The notes: generated by a model from the letters alone, not told the origin. 64,000 bases of DNA from Succinivibrionaceae bacterium (GCA_017480795.1 JAFURY010000049.1:2-64001), one strand, 5' to 3'. Counted from the first letter of the stretch, positions 9,167-19,198 are shown. Made by a program: numbers and translations.

Positions 9167-9254
9167 TGGCGGATGGACTGAGATTCGAACTCAGGAAGGA
9201 TTGCTCCTCGCCGGTTTTCAAGACCGGTGCATTCAACCGCTCTGCCACCCATCC
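9167..9254 (-). tRNA. serT: tRNA-Ser (anticodon UGA), copy 2
   Basis: Same 88-nt structure, 20 nt from copy 1. It differs only in the acceptor stem: GGATGGG/TCCATCC versus GGATAGG/CCTATCC. Confidence 0.92.
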
Positions 9255-9862
9255 GCTTTATGAAACGGATGTTATGATAACGAACAACACGTTTTTTGTA
9301 AACAGGTTTTAGCATTTGCTCTGAGAATACTCTGAGCAAACACAGATAACCGGTCGAAATTGATGATTCTATGTTCGCGCAGGATCAAAAGCAAATTACA
9401 CACAAGCCATTCGCATCACTGCTATTTGGAGTTATCTCGCAAGGAAGTTTAAATACTCCTAAAATCAGGCACTCGCAAATTTATGACTCAGGCAGAATAA
9501 CTGAATTTGTATAATTAGGAGAATTCTGGATAATTATTAAAAAAGACATTTTCAGTAGTCACTAAAAGCTGAATTTTAAAAATCAGAAGTTCACACGGAT
9601 TCTTTGAACAAATCTCTATATTAATGGATTACAGATCAACCAAGATCTGTTATAATAGAAAAAGTAGATTGAACTGCTTGAAAACCATCTTAAAATCATG
9701 GATCAGCCGAGTAGAAACAACAGTTCCTACATACCCATAGTAGTCTGTATAGTTGTAAATTCAGTTGCAGACACGTATGAAATAAAGATTAAGAATTTAG
9801 GATGCCGCCATAAATTTGTGAACTAATCTTTAAATCACGCATATGATAAAGGAAATATTTAA

Positions 9863-11083
9863 ATGGGAAAAATACTTGGTTTACGCGTGCAAAATTACGG
9901 ACCCCTAAAAGATATTAAGATGGGACATACGCATGCTGACAAAAACAGCAAGCCGCTGGATGATTTAGTCGCAATAATTGGACCAAGCGGAACAGGAAAG
10001 AGTTCGTTTGCAGATGTATTTGACTTTATTTCAGACTGTCTGAATTCAAATATTGAGACTGCTTGCGACTCTAACAATCGAGGGGGATATTCCCAACTTG
10101 TATCTCAAGGCGCCTCATGCGACATGCAATTCGAGATATGTTACAGGGAAAACAATAATTCTCAGCCAATCACATACGAACTTACAATAGGACCAGATAA
10201 CATTAACCGGCCATGCGTAATATCTGAGCGATTAAGGCAATCTGTCGATAACAGGGAATACGTTCTGACATTTTTATCTCTTGTGGATGGAAAAGGATTT
10301 GCCTATATCGGAAACGAAGGAGGTCAAGATGATGAAACAGGAAATGCGGTTGGAGAAAAAATTGAGATTGAACTTAGTGATACAAAAAAATTAGGTATTG
10401 TCACTCTTGGAGAATTTAAACAATACGAACGCATAAACAAATTTTTACGATTTTTAAAAAGTTGTTTTTTGTGTTATTTTTCTCCAGCCAGCGCTAGACA
10501 AGTTCAGACAACCGCGCCGGCTCCATATCTGAATCGCATTGGCAGCAATCTTAATAATGTTGCGCAGTATATGTATCGCGAAAATCCCAAGAAATTTGCG
10601 GAGGTATTGTCAGAAATTCAAGACAAAATTCCAAACATTACCAGGATTGCGCCAAAAGAAATGCCAAACAAACAGATTGTTTTGGAATTCTATCAGAAAG
10701 GATTTGAGAAGCCCTTCTATTCAAACCGCATGTCGGATGGCACGCTAAAACTGTTCGCATATTATATGCTTATGAACGAGAATAATCCTAGACAGCTGGT
10801 ATTTATAGAAGAACCCGAGAATGGATTATATCACCAGTACTTATCAGATTTGGCCATTGACCTTGCAAATAGTGTCGGAACTGGCTTCTCCAAACAAATT
10901 TTTGTCACCACCCACAGTCCATTTTTCGTAAACGCCTTACGTCCTGATCAAATATGGGTACTAGAAAAAGATAAGACCGGTTTTTCAGTAATTAAAAATG
11001 CAACCGATTACGATTTCGTAAAAGAAATGGTTGAAGAAGGAGCATATTTAGGAGATCTTTGGAATAGTAAATTTTTTGGGTGA
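9863..11083 (+). CDS. ABC-type (AAA_21-like) ATPase, OLD/PARIS/AbiL-class
   Basis: Walker A GPSGTGKSS, signature-like MSDGTLKLF, Walker B LVFIEEPENGLY, H-loop VTTHSPF. AAGGAAA lies upstream of the ATG. The gene is AT-rich compared with the backbone. Confidence 0.8.
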   Translation: MGKILGLRVQNYGPLKDIKMGHTHADKNSKPLDDLVAIIGPSGTGKSSFADVFDFISDCLNSNIETACDSNNRGGYSQLVSQGASCDMQFEICYRENNNSQPITYELTIGPDNINRPCVISERLRQSVDNREYVLTFLSLVDGKGFAYIGNEGGQDDETGNAVGEKIEIELSDTKKLGIVTLGEFKQYERINKFLRFLKSCFLCYFSPASARQVQTTAPAPYLNRIGSNLNNVAQYMYRENPKKFAEVLSEIQDKIPNITRIAPKEMPNKQIVLEFYQKGFEKPFYSNRMSDGTLKLFAYYMLMNENNPRQLVFIEEPENGLYHQYLSDLAIDLANSVGTGFSKQIFVTTHSPFFVNALRPDQIWVLEKDKTGFSVIKNATDYDFVKEMVEEGAYLGDLWNSKFFG

Positions 11084-11095
11084 GAAACATAAAGC

Positions 11096-11746
11096 ATGCA
11101 TTTCCAGTTTCTGGTAGAAGATGTGTCAAGTGCCGTTCTTATAAAAAAGGTTATGGACACAATCATTGGCAAACATATTAAGAACACATATAATTGCAAA
11201 TCATTTAAAGGCATAGGCCATTTTATAAAGAAAAATACGGCAAAAGAAACGCGTACAGGTAAATTGCTGAATGATTTGGCAACCTACATGAGAGGGTTCC
11301 AAAGAAGTTTGCAAGGAATAAGCGCTTCTCTTATCGTTGTTCTCGATAACGATGACAAAGATCCACAAGAATTCCAAAAATCATTACAAAATATTGCTAA
11401 GACAAATTCAATAAATATGGATTATGTTTTCTGTATAGCAGTTGAGGAAGTAGAAGCGTGGTTGTTAGGTGATGAGGCAGCTATACGGAAAGCTTATCCG
11501 GATTATAAGAAGAAGATATTACATGATTATAAACAAGACAGCATATGTGGTACATGGGAATTGTTGGCTGATGTAGTCTATAAAGGCGGTATGCAGGAAA
11601 TTCAGAAACGAAAGATGTCATATATGGAAATAGGTAAACTAAAATCCGAATGGGCAGATAAAATTAGTGACCAAATGACGTTTGAGGTTAATAAGTCTCC
11701 AAGTTTTCAGAATTTCTATAAAGCTATCTGCAATAGGGTAGAGTAG
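11096..11746 (+). CDS. DUF4276-like (TOPRIM-like) protein
   Basis: Starts 12 nt after the ATPase stop. Ordered acidic motifs FLVEDVSS, LIVVLDNDDKD and CIAVEEVEAWLLGDE match my memory of DUF4276 (..veElEAWlLaD..). Confidence 0.65.
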   Translation: MHFQFLVEDVSSAVLIKKVMDTIIGKHIKNTYNCKSFKGIGHFIKKNTAKETRTGKLLNDLATYMRGFQRSLQGISASLIVVLDNDDKDPQEFQKSLQNIAKTNSINMDYVFCIAVEEVEAWLLGDEAAIRKAYPDYKKKILHDYKQDSICGTWELLADVVYKGGMQEIQKRKMSYMEIGKLKSEWADKISDQMTFEVNKSPSFQNFYKAICNRVE

Positions 11747-12331
11747 GAAATGGAAGGCATTTTGAGCGACAAAGTTTTGTCGCAATTGAAATACCAATTA
11801 TTTAATTTGTGAATTAACTGAATAATACAAGTATAAAAATATTTTTCCATAAAACCAACTAATTTGCTGATCTGATAAATCAAAGACTCATATCTATATT
11901 CTCAACAGGAAAACTTTGATTTTGCTTTGAAAAGGGAACATCCAGGCAAGTTTGGAAAAATCATACCGTCGGTTTACGGAAATTTCGTCAGCAACTTTTC
12001 GAAAAAGCTGCTTAAATCAGGCAAAAGCAATCCTGAAAGCCAAGCACGCCGGGTACTTCCGACACCATCAGACATGCCGCTTTGCCCGGCCTGTAGCGCT
12101 TTTGGGCCATAGCAACCACGGAAATGACTCTGCTCCAGCGAACCCTGAACCTCCCGCCGCATTGCGTCGGCAACTCGCCCGCGCCAGCCGAAGCCCGCAC
12201 AGCAGACGCAAGCGGAAGGAGCAACTGCCTGCAGTATAGGGCAAAGATGTCTGACGCACCGAAGTACCTGTTCCCGATAGGCAAATCAGCCAGCCAGCCA
12301 AACCATCAGAGAAAAAAGAGGAGAAAAACGA

Positions 12332-12649
12332 ATGCTGGAAGACATACCCCGCGACAGCGAAGGCTACCTGAAGTCAGACCAGGACTGGAACCGCCAGATT
12401 GCCCAGGAGCTGGCGCAGGAGGAGGAGATAACCCTGACCGACGAGCATTGGGAACTGATAGAGTTCGTGCAAAGTTTCTACCGCGCCTACAACACCACCC
12501 CTGCCATGCGCATGCTGGTCAAGGCGGTAAAGGAGAAATACGGCGAGGAAAAGGGCAACAGCATATATCTTCACCGGCTGTTTCCCAAGGGGCCCGCCAA
12601 ACAGATCTCCAAAATAGGCGGTCTGCCTAAGCCGGTGAAATGCATATGA
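12332..12649 (+). CDS. tusE: TusE/DsrC-family sulfur relay protein
   Basis: 105 aa ending ...[10 protein letters not shown] (conserved C-terminal Cys arm). Internal motif [23 protein letters not shown] lies upstream of the ATG. Confidence 0.85.
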   Translation: MLEDIPRDSEGYLKSDQDWNRQIAQELAQEEEITLTDEHWELIEFVQSFYRAYNTTPAMRMLVKAVKEKYGEEKGNSIYLHRLFPKGPAKQISKIGGLPKPVKCI

Positions 12650-12665
12650 AACCGGTGAGTTTCTC

Positions 12666-13256
12666 TCAGATGTCCCTGATGAGATAAACCCAGGCCTTGA
12701 TGATGTACTGAACCATGGAGAAGATGGTAAGGATCACCGCCACGTACAGCAGCGCCACCGAAGCGTAAACCATCCAGTCGGCGGTGCGCCAGATGAGGCC
12801 GCCAATGGCCAGCATCTGAAAGGTGGTCTTCCACTTGCCGATCCACTTGACGCCAACCTCGTCCCGCTTGGCCATTTCAGCCATCCATTCTCTCAGGGCG
12901 GAAATGATGATTTCCCGGCAGATGATCACGATGCACGGCACGGTGATGAGAGCGGGATAGGAGATCAGCTCGGAGGCCACGGAGTAATTCTGGACAATCA
13001 GCACCAGAGCCGTGCAGACAATCAGCTTGTCGGCCACCGGATCAAGAAAGGCCCCGAAACGGGTGTTCTCGTTGAGACGCCGGGCGAGAAAGCCGTCGAT
13101 GAGATCGGTTATGCAGGCAATACCGAACACCAGACAGGCGTAAGGATTGGACTGATCCGGATTCTGCATGGCGTAGCACAGGATCACGAAGACCGGTATC
13201 AGGATCACCCGGAAGGTGGTGAGAATATTGGGTATATGCTTGGGTATTGCCATCAT
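12666..13256 (-). CDS. pgsA: CDP-diacylglycerol--glycerol-3-phosphate 3-phosphatidyltransferase
   Basis: NILTTFRVILIPVFV..., CDP-alcohol transferase motif DLIDGFLARR...GAFLDPVADK. Conserved uvrY-uvrC-pgsA order. Confidence 0.9.
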   Translation of the reverse strand: MMAIPKHIPNILTTFRVILIPVFVILCYAMQNPDQSNPYACLVFGIACITDLIDGFLARRLNENTRFGAFLDPVADKLIVCTALVLIVQNYSVASELISYPALITVPCIVIICREIIISALREWMAEMAKRDEVGVKWIGKWKTTFQMLAIGGLIWRTADWMVYASVALLYVAVILTIFSMVQYIIKAWVYLIRDI

Positions 13257-13643
13257 CAGAAGGCGCCTTGGCGCCGTCTCCCGCTAAAACAAATCAAACT
13301 CGCCGAAGGTTAGGAAAAGCGATCGAAAACACGATCGGAAACGCCGATCCGGCAACATGACATATCTTACCACATTCGGCCCCGCACCTATGAGAGGCAA
13401 GAACGAGAAACGCAACGCAGATATCACAACTGACGGCGGATTGGACGGTTTCAGAGACAGGAGGAGGACTGGAGGCGGCGCTCAAAAGCGCGCCTGGGGA
13501 CACGGGGTGCGAGCCTCAGAGGATCTGGAATGCCGGGCCTGTGACGAACCCGCCGTCGACTGCCTGCCGCAAGAGCCTGCTCAGGCGCCAGCCACATGCC
13601 TGCGACAACCTGCCTCAGGCATGTCCCGGCCGGCGGCCGGATC

Positions 13644-15518
13644 CTAGGAGGAATCCGTATGATGAAGCCAGTCGTAGATCACCCCGGCAAGCTTGTCGCC
13701 GATGCCTTCCACCTTGGCGATCTCGTCCCGGCTGGCGCTTGCGATCTCCTTGAGACCTCCGAAGCGGTTCAGCAGATCCTGGCGCTTTTTCTTTCCCACT
13801 CCCGGGATCTGCTCCAGCCTGCTGACGATTTTGTGGGCGCTGCGCTGGCGGCGATGATTGGTGATGGCGAAACGGTGGGACTCGTCGCGGATATGCTGGA
13901 TCAGCAGAAAGGCGGGGGCGTCGGGGGCCGGATTGAGTTCCTCTCTGGTGTAGCCCATATGCAGGGTCTCCAGTCCCGGCTTGCGTCCCTCACCCTTGGA
14001 AACGCCCACAATGAGAGGATTGTAGCCTGGGAATTTCTCCCTGGTTTCTGACACGATTTCCTCGGCCTGAGCCAGCTGACCGTCGCCGCCGTCGATAAAC
14101 AGAATGTCCGGAAACCCGTCGTCGGAATCCGCCTTCAGAAACCGCCGCTCCAGAGCCTGGCGCATGGCGGCGAAATCGTCCCCGGGAGTGATCCCCGCGA
14201 TGTTGTAAAGACGGTACTTGCCGTTTTCGGGACCCTGACGGCCGAACACCACCTGCGAGGCCACGGTCCGCTCCCCGAAGGTATGGGAAATGTCGTAGCA
14301 CTCCATGCGTCCCACGCTGCCAGGCGCCAGGGCGAAAAGTTTCTCCAGATCCTCCATCCGCTCCTGCTGCAGTTTCGATGACTGCAGGCGGGCGTCAAGA
14401 GCCGCCTTTACGTTGTCGCGTCCCATTTCCACCAGTCTTGCCAGCCGCCCCCGCTGGGGAGAGACGAAGGAGAGTGTCTGCCCCAGAGCCGAGGACAGGG
14501 TTTTCGCGAAGTCCTCGTCAGGACGCAGATCCCCCGCCGAGGCCGAGGCATCCAGCGCCACCTCCTGCGGCACGCCGAAGGCGGGCTTTGAAAGGTAATA
14601 CTGCTCAAAGAAGATCCGCAGGATCTCAGGAAGCTGGGACTTGTCGGCGCAGGGAAGAAAATAGTTGGAGGAGCCCAGCAGACGACCGTCCCGCATGAAG
14701 ATCACGTTGATGCAGGCAAGAGCGGATCTGCAGGCGGAGGAGACGATGTCCACGTCCCCCGCCCCGTCGCCGTCGATGACCTGCTGCTGCTGAACTCTTC
14801 TGAGGGCGAAGATCCGATCCCGGATCACCGCCGCCTCCTCGAAGCGGCACTCTTCTCCGGCCTTGATCATTTCAGCGGTAAGATCCTGCAGAATTTCGTC
14901 ATGGCGACCTTTCAGAAAGAGCTCGGTCATGGCCACGTTGCGACGGTACTCCTCGTCCGACACCAGTCCCTTCACGCAGGGACCCAGGCACTTTTTCATC
15001 TGCCAGTAGAGACACGGCCTGCTTCTGCCGAAAAAGGTGTTGTTGCCGCACTGGCGCACGGGAAAGATGCTTTGCAGAAACTTCAGGCTCTCCTTGACGC
15101 TTGTGGCGTCGGGATAGGGCCCGTAATAGCTGCCCCTGATCTTTTTCGGCCCCCGGTGGGAGAGGATCCGGGGATACTCGTCCGCGGTCACCAGAATGTA
15201 GGGATAGGACTTGTCGTCCCGCAGGAGAATGTTGTAACGGGGCTTGTGCTCCTTGATGAGGTTCTGCTCCAGGATCAGTGCATCGGCCTCAGAGGGGGTC
15301 ACGGTGTACTCGATGGATGCGATGTTGGACACCAGCGCCCTGGTTTTGGCCGAGGGAAGATTCGATACGAAATAGGAATGGAGACGGTTGGAGAGATTTT
15401 TGGCCTTGCCCACGTAGATCACCGTCCGATCACCGTTGTACATACGGTAGACTCCGGGGAGATCCGGAACGGTCTTCAGGAACGAGCGGTGATCGAAAAC
15501 AGCATTGCCGCCGGTCAT
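13644..15518 (-). CDS. uvrC: Excinuclease ABC subunit C
   Basis: 624 aa. N-terminal GIY-YIG (PGVYRMYNGDRTVIYVGKAKNLSNRL) and a C-terminal HhH region. Collinear with E. coli UvrC. Confidence 0.95.
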   Translation of the reverse strand: MTGGNAVFDHRSFLKTVPDLPGVYRMYNGDRTVIYVGKAKNLSNRLHSYFVSNLPSAKTRALVSNIASIEYTVTPSEADALILEQNLIKEHKPRYNILLRDDKSYPYILVTADEYPRILSHRGPKKIRGSYYGPYPDATSVKESLKFLQSIFPVRQCGNNTFFGRSRPCLYWQMKKCLGPCVKGLVSDEEYRRNVAMTELFLKGRHDEILQDLTAEMIKAGEECRFEEAAVIRDRIFALRRVQQQQVIDGDGAGDVDIVSSACRSALACINVIFMRDGRLLGSSNYFLPCADKSQLPEILRIFFEQYYLSKPAFGVPQEVALDASASAGDLRPDEDFAKTLSSALGQTLSFVSPQRGRLARLVEMGRDNVKAALDARLQSSKLQQERMEDLEKLFALAPGSVGRMECYDISHTFGERTVASQVVFGRQGPENGKYRLYNIAGITPGDDFAAMRQALERRFLKADSDDGFPDILFIDGGDGQLAQAEEIVSETREKFPGYNPLIVGVSKGEGRKPGLETLHMGYTREELNPAPDAPAFLLIQHIRDESHRFAITNHRRQRSAHKIVSRLEQIPGVGKKKRQDLLNRFGGLKEIASASRDEIAKVEGIGDKLAGVIYDWLHHTDSS

Positions 15519-15521
15519 GGC

Positions 15522-16160
15522 TTATTCGCTTACGATATTGTAGCGGATGGCAAGACGGGTCAGTTCCACATCTCCGGAAATGTGAAGCTTTTCAAAGATC
15601 CGGTAGCGGTAGCTGTTGACGGTCTTGGGACTGAGACAGAGCTTTTCGGCGATTCCGGCGGCCTTCATGCCCTTGGTGATAAGCAGCGTGATCTGAAGTT
15701 CCCGTTCGGACAGCTCCTTGAAGGGGTTTTCGTTCTCTTTGGCGTCGAAACTGCTCAGAGCCATCTGCTGAGCTATTTCCTGGGAGAGATATTTGCGGCC
15801 CTGGGCCACGGTGTTGATGGCGGATATCATTTCATCGGGACTTGCCGCCTTGCTGAGATAGCCGAAGGCTCCGGCCTGCATGACCTTGGACGGGAAAGGA
15901 TCCTCGGTGCGCATGGAAAGCACCAGGATCCGCGCCTCCGGCCGAACCCGCAGGTACTTGACCGTGGCCTCAAGCCCGTTGATGCCCGGCATCACCATGT
16001 CCATCAGCACCACGTCTGCCTTGTTGCCCCTGGCCCAGGCCACCGCCTCCTCGCCGGTGGTGGCCTCGCCCACCACCTTGAAGTTTCCGCTGTCTTCAAG
16101 TATCCGGCGCACCCCGGTGCGCACCAGCTCGTGATCATCAACCAGCAGTACGGTTATCAA
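15522..16160 (-). CDS. uvrY: Two-component response regulator UvrY/GacA/SirA
   Basis: MITVLLVDDHELVRTGVRRILED..., LuxR-type HTH SERELQITLLITKG..SPKTVNSYRYRIF. Lies immediately upstream of uvrC. Confidence 0.9.
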   Translation of the reverse strand: MITVLLVDDHELVRTGVRRILEDSGNFKVVGEATTGEEAVAWARGNKADVVLMDMVMPGINGLEATVKYLRVRPEARILVLSMRTEDPFPSKVMQAGAFGYLSKAASPDEMISAINTVAQGRKYLSQEIAQQMALSSFDAKENENPFKELSERELQITLLITKGMKAAGIAEKLCLSPKTVNSYRYRIFEKLHISGDVELTRLAIRYNIVSE

Positions 16161-16756
16161 TTTATTTATCCCTTCGTGATTTGTAGTATTTGTTGTTTCA
16201 GCCCGCAGTTCTTCATTCTACAACAGAAATTTCCCAATCAGTCATGCAAATTCAAATCAGGTAGCCGAAATTTGACTGTGAAAGCAATTTCAGTCATGAA
16301 ATCGCCGAAAGCGGAACAAGAAACGAAAGACAGGAAAGAAAGACAGCGAAGAATGAAAGAGCGCCATGAAAGAAACCGCGCCCAGAGCAAAAACAAACCG
16401 GATGAAAATCCGATAGCGCCGCCAGAACCGCCGCAGTCGGGTCCGAAAACCTCGACAGGCTGGGGCGAACGGGAGATCTTCGTCAGAAAGAAGAGCCGAA
16501 CCTTAAGAAAATCTGCCGGATCAGCGGGAAGCGGCCCGCATGAGCCTTTTCGGGCCGGTACCAGATCCATGGGAGCGAGCATCGGAACGGCAGTCTGAAA
16601 CCATAAAAAAAGCCCGCGCAACTCAGACTCTTTTCTGAACTTGGCGCGACTGCCGAAGTCGCAGGATTCCGGCCCCCTGCTCCAGGTTCCTTTCTCGGGA
16701 TCGTTTCCCCCGTCAGAATCAGACCTGACGGGAGAGGAGCGAAGACCGGGAAAGGA

Positions 16757-18721
16757 TCAGTTCACCTGATCCGAATTGTCCTGGGTCTCGTACTGTTTCA
16801 GAGCGAAGGAGTTGATTTCGATGTCCGAATCCTCTCTCAGCTGCTGACGCATGAGCGCGGTGTCCCTGACGCTTCCGATCTGCTTCAGCTGGGTGCTAAT
16901 CATCATGGTCTGATCGGCGCTGAGTTTTGAAACGTCCTCCTCTTTCACCGACTTCAGCACCACCAGGTACCGGTTGCCGTCAAGACCGTCCACGTCCCCG
17001 GCGTTGAGACCGGATGAGGTCTTAGGCAGAGAGAAAGCCTTCTCCACCACCGCCGGATCGAATTCGGAGGAAATTCTTTCGATTTCGCTGCCGCTGGTGA
17101 GCTTGACGGAGTTGGCGGAGAGAAACTCATGAACGCTCTTGCTACCTGCCAGAAGATCCCTGAGCTCGCCGATCTTCCCGGCGGCCAGAGTCTTGGCCTT
17201 TTCAAGGCGGTAGTCGCCGGAAACTCTGTCCTTGACCTCCTCCAGGCTTCTGACGTACTGAGGCTTGAATTCGGCGACTCTGAACACCAGAGCGTTGGCG
17301 TCGTCGATTCTGATGGCTTCGGAGTTCATGGCGTCGTCGCGGAATGTCTGGCTGAAGGCCAGCTGCTTGAGCTGGCGGTTGTCAAAAGGCGCCACCGTGG
17401 TGTTCTCGTCAAAGAGTTCGGAGTGTTTTACCTCCAGTTTCAGCTCGGTTGCGATGGATTCCAGATCGTCAGGGAATTCGTTGGCAAGATTAACCAGACG
17501 GTCGTAGGCCTTGACGTACTCGTCTCCCACCTTGTTCGATGCCACATAGCCTCTGATCTCGCCTGCGACCTCTTCCACAGGCTTGGCCTTGTCGGCCTTG
17601 ATGCCCATGAACTTGATGATGTGGTAGCCGTACTTGGTGTCAACTATGCCGGAAATGCGGTTGTCGACGGAAAGCTTTCTCACCGCCTCGTCGAATTCGG
17701 ACTCAAGCACGCCGAAACGCTGCCAGTCCAGATCGCCGCCCTTTTTGGCGGTCAGCACGTCCTCGGAGTATTTGGTGGCGACCTCCTCGAATGGAGTTCC
17801 GGAGGCGATGGCCTTTTCAGCCTCGGTGATCTTGTCCAGCTGCTTCTTCTGAGCGGCCTCGTCCTTGCCCTTGTTCACGTAGATGTGCTCCACATGGAAT
17901 TTGGCAGGCTCGGTGAACCGATCGGCGTGCTCCTTGTAGTAGGCTCTGATCTCCTCGTCGGTTACCGTCTGCGCCTTCTCAAGCTCGGAACGGTTGAGAA
18001 GCACGTAGTCGATTTTTACCTGATCAGGCTGAAGATATGAGCTCCGGTTGGCCTCGTAATAGGCGGCAAGCGCCTTGTCGTCCACGGAAACGGATTTGAC
18101 CAGATCGGCAGGATTCAGAGTGTAGACGTCCACCGCCCGCTTCTGTCTGAACAGGGCTGTGGCATGAGCGGTTTCATATGGCAGAACGAACTGGGAATTG
18201 GTGAAGCTGTTCTGATAGAGATCGTCCACAAACTGGTACTTCAGCTCTCTGGCATACTGGCCGGCGGATGCGTAGCCGGCGCGGGTGATGAGACTGAGAT
18301 ACCGGTCGTTGCTGAATTTTCCGTCCACCTTGAAGGCGTCGACCTCCTCCACAATGAATTTCTGGATGGCGGCATCGCTGATGTGGAAGCCAGCCTTCGC
18401 GGAGCGCTGATCCAGGATCACGCTGTCGATCATGTTGTTGAGAACCTGCATTCTCAGCTTGGACAGAAACTGGGGATCTGCGGCCAGCAGCTGACTGAAA
18501 TGCTCGCCGGCCTGATTCTGCATGCTCTGACGCTGCTGGCGGAAGGTCATGTCGAACTTCATCGCATCGATGGTGACGCCGTTCACTTCAGCCGGATCGG
18601 TGTTGGGCTTTCTTACCGCATATGTGCCTATGCCGGCAAGAGCAAAGGACACCATGATCACCACGAAGATGATTTTCGCGGCGGTGCTCTGGGCCCCCTG
18701 TCTCATCTTATCCATTAACAT
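16757..18721 (-). CDS. ppiD: Periplasmic chaperone / peptidyl-prolyl isomerase PpiD
   Basis: 654 aa. N-terminal membrane anchor AAKIIFVVIMVSFALAGIG and a parvulin-like segment (KYGYHIIKF). GAGGA lies upstream of the ATG. Confidence 0.88.
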   Translation of the reverse strand: MLMDKMRQGAQSTAAKIIFVVIMVSFALAGIGTYAVRKPNTDPAEVNGVTIDAMKFDMTFRQQRQSMQNQAGEHFSQLLAADPQFLSKLRMQVLNNMIDSVILDQRSAKAGFHISDAAIQKFIVEEVDAFKVDGKFSNDRYLSLITRAGYASAGQYARELKYQFVDDLYQNSFTNSQFVLPYETAHATALFRQKRAVDVYTLNPADLVKSVSVDDKALAAYYEANRSSYLQPDQVKIDYVLLNRSELEKAQTVTDEEIRAYYKEHADRFTEPAKFHVEHIYVNKGKDEAAQKKQLDKITEAEKAIASGTPFEEVATKYSEDVLTAKKGGDLDWQRFGVLESEFDEAVRKLSVDNRISGIVDTKYGYHIIKFMGIKADKAKPVEEVAGEIRGYVASNKVGDEYVKAYDRLVNLANEFPDDLESIATELKLEVKHSELFDENTTVAPFDNRQLKQLAFSQTFRDDAMNSEAIRIDDANALVFRVAEFKPQYVRSLEEVKDRVSGDYRLEKAKTLAAGKIGELRDLLAGSKSVHEFLSANSVKLTSGSEIERISSEFDPAVVEKAFSLPKTSSGLNAGDVDGLDGNRYLVVLKSVKEEDVSKLSADQTMMISTQLKQIGSVRDTALMRQQLREDSDIEINSFALKQYETQDNSDQVN

Positions 18722-19077
18722 TGTAATAATTCCTCTTGTGTTGCGTCGGCTTCTTCCGCCAAAGAGAAGAAGCCACTGAGGCTCCGGCGCCCGTAATCGG
18801 CCGTCTTGACATTGACCGGCCGGCGCTCTGAACCCATTGTCGGATTTTGTGAATTATACAACAGCGGGCCTGTTTTTTAAACCTGAGCCGCCGGGACGGC
18901 CGGGGCGTCCAAACGAGCAGACTGAAACAGGAAAGGCGAAAACGAAAGGATGACAAGGCCAATGCGGCGCCAAAGCGCGGGAGCGATGATGTATATGACA
19001 CGAGGAAATGTCGATCTGCAGCCACAGATCATGAACAGAAAGACGGCAGCGACTGATATGACGAACCGTTATTGCGA

Positions 19078-19188
19078 CTATTGTCCGAAAAGGTAGGAAG
19101 ACAAAACCTTGAGCGACGATTTGGAGATGCTTTGCATTATTTCCGCAATCATTTCATTGTTCAGCCGGCTGCCGTTTGGATCGGCAAA
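19078..19188 (-). pseudogene. 3' remnant of a second EcoRI-family restriction endonuclease gene
   Basis: Translates to ..PNGSRLNNEMIAEIMQSISKSSLKVLSSYLFGQ*. By my hand alignment this matches about 18 of 33 residues of the C-terminus of the intact nuclease at 19496..20329 (GDGSQWSEDEMAEIMLGIAKTSLKVLASDLFGQ). No upstream homology is visible. Confidence 0.6.
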
Positions 19189-19198
19189 CACCATAATC

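Noticed and set aside
9016-9339. ORFs 9016..9312 (+) and 8989..9339 (-), which contain internally duplicated peptide segments.
   Set aside because: The duplication is simply the two tandem tRNA-Ser genes being translated. These are not coding sequences.
13257-13643. 387-bp gap between uvrC and pgsA, with a 69-aa ORF at 13294..13503 (-). As I remember it, the E. coli gap is much shorter.
   Set aside because: The ORF has no motif or start context, and I saw no convincing structure beyond a short GGCGCC palindrome. Probably just an expanded spacer.
14901-16598. 565-aa plus-strand ORF, with many similar long ORFs antisense to uvrC/uvrY.
   Set aside because: It lies antisense to two confidently identified genes and is rich in G/H/V/L/A repeats with no motifs. 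This is the typical shadow ORF of GC-rich DNA, where stop codons are rare.
16161-16756. Purine-rich, GGA-containing 600-bp spacer between uvrY and ppiD, considered as a CsrB/RsmZ-type sRNA because uvrY (gacA) is adjacent.
   Set aside because: I counted about 14 GGA in ~500 bp, close to my rough expectation for this base composition. Few sit in obvious hairpin loops, and I saw no clear promoter-terminator pair. The evidence is insufficient.
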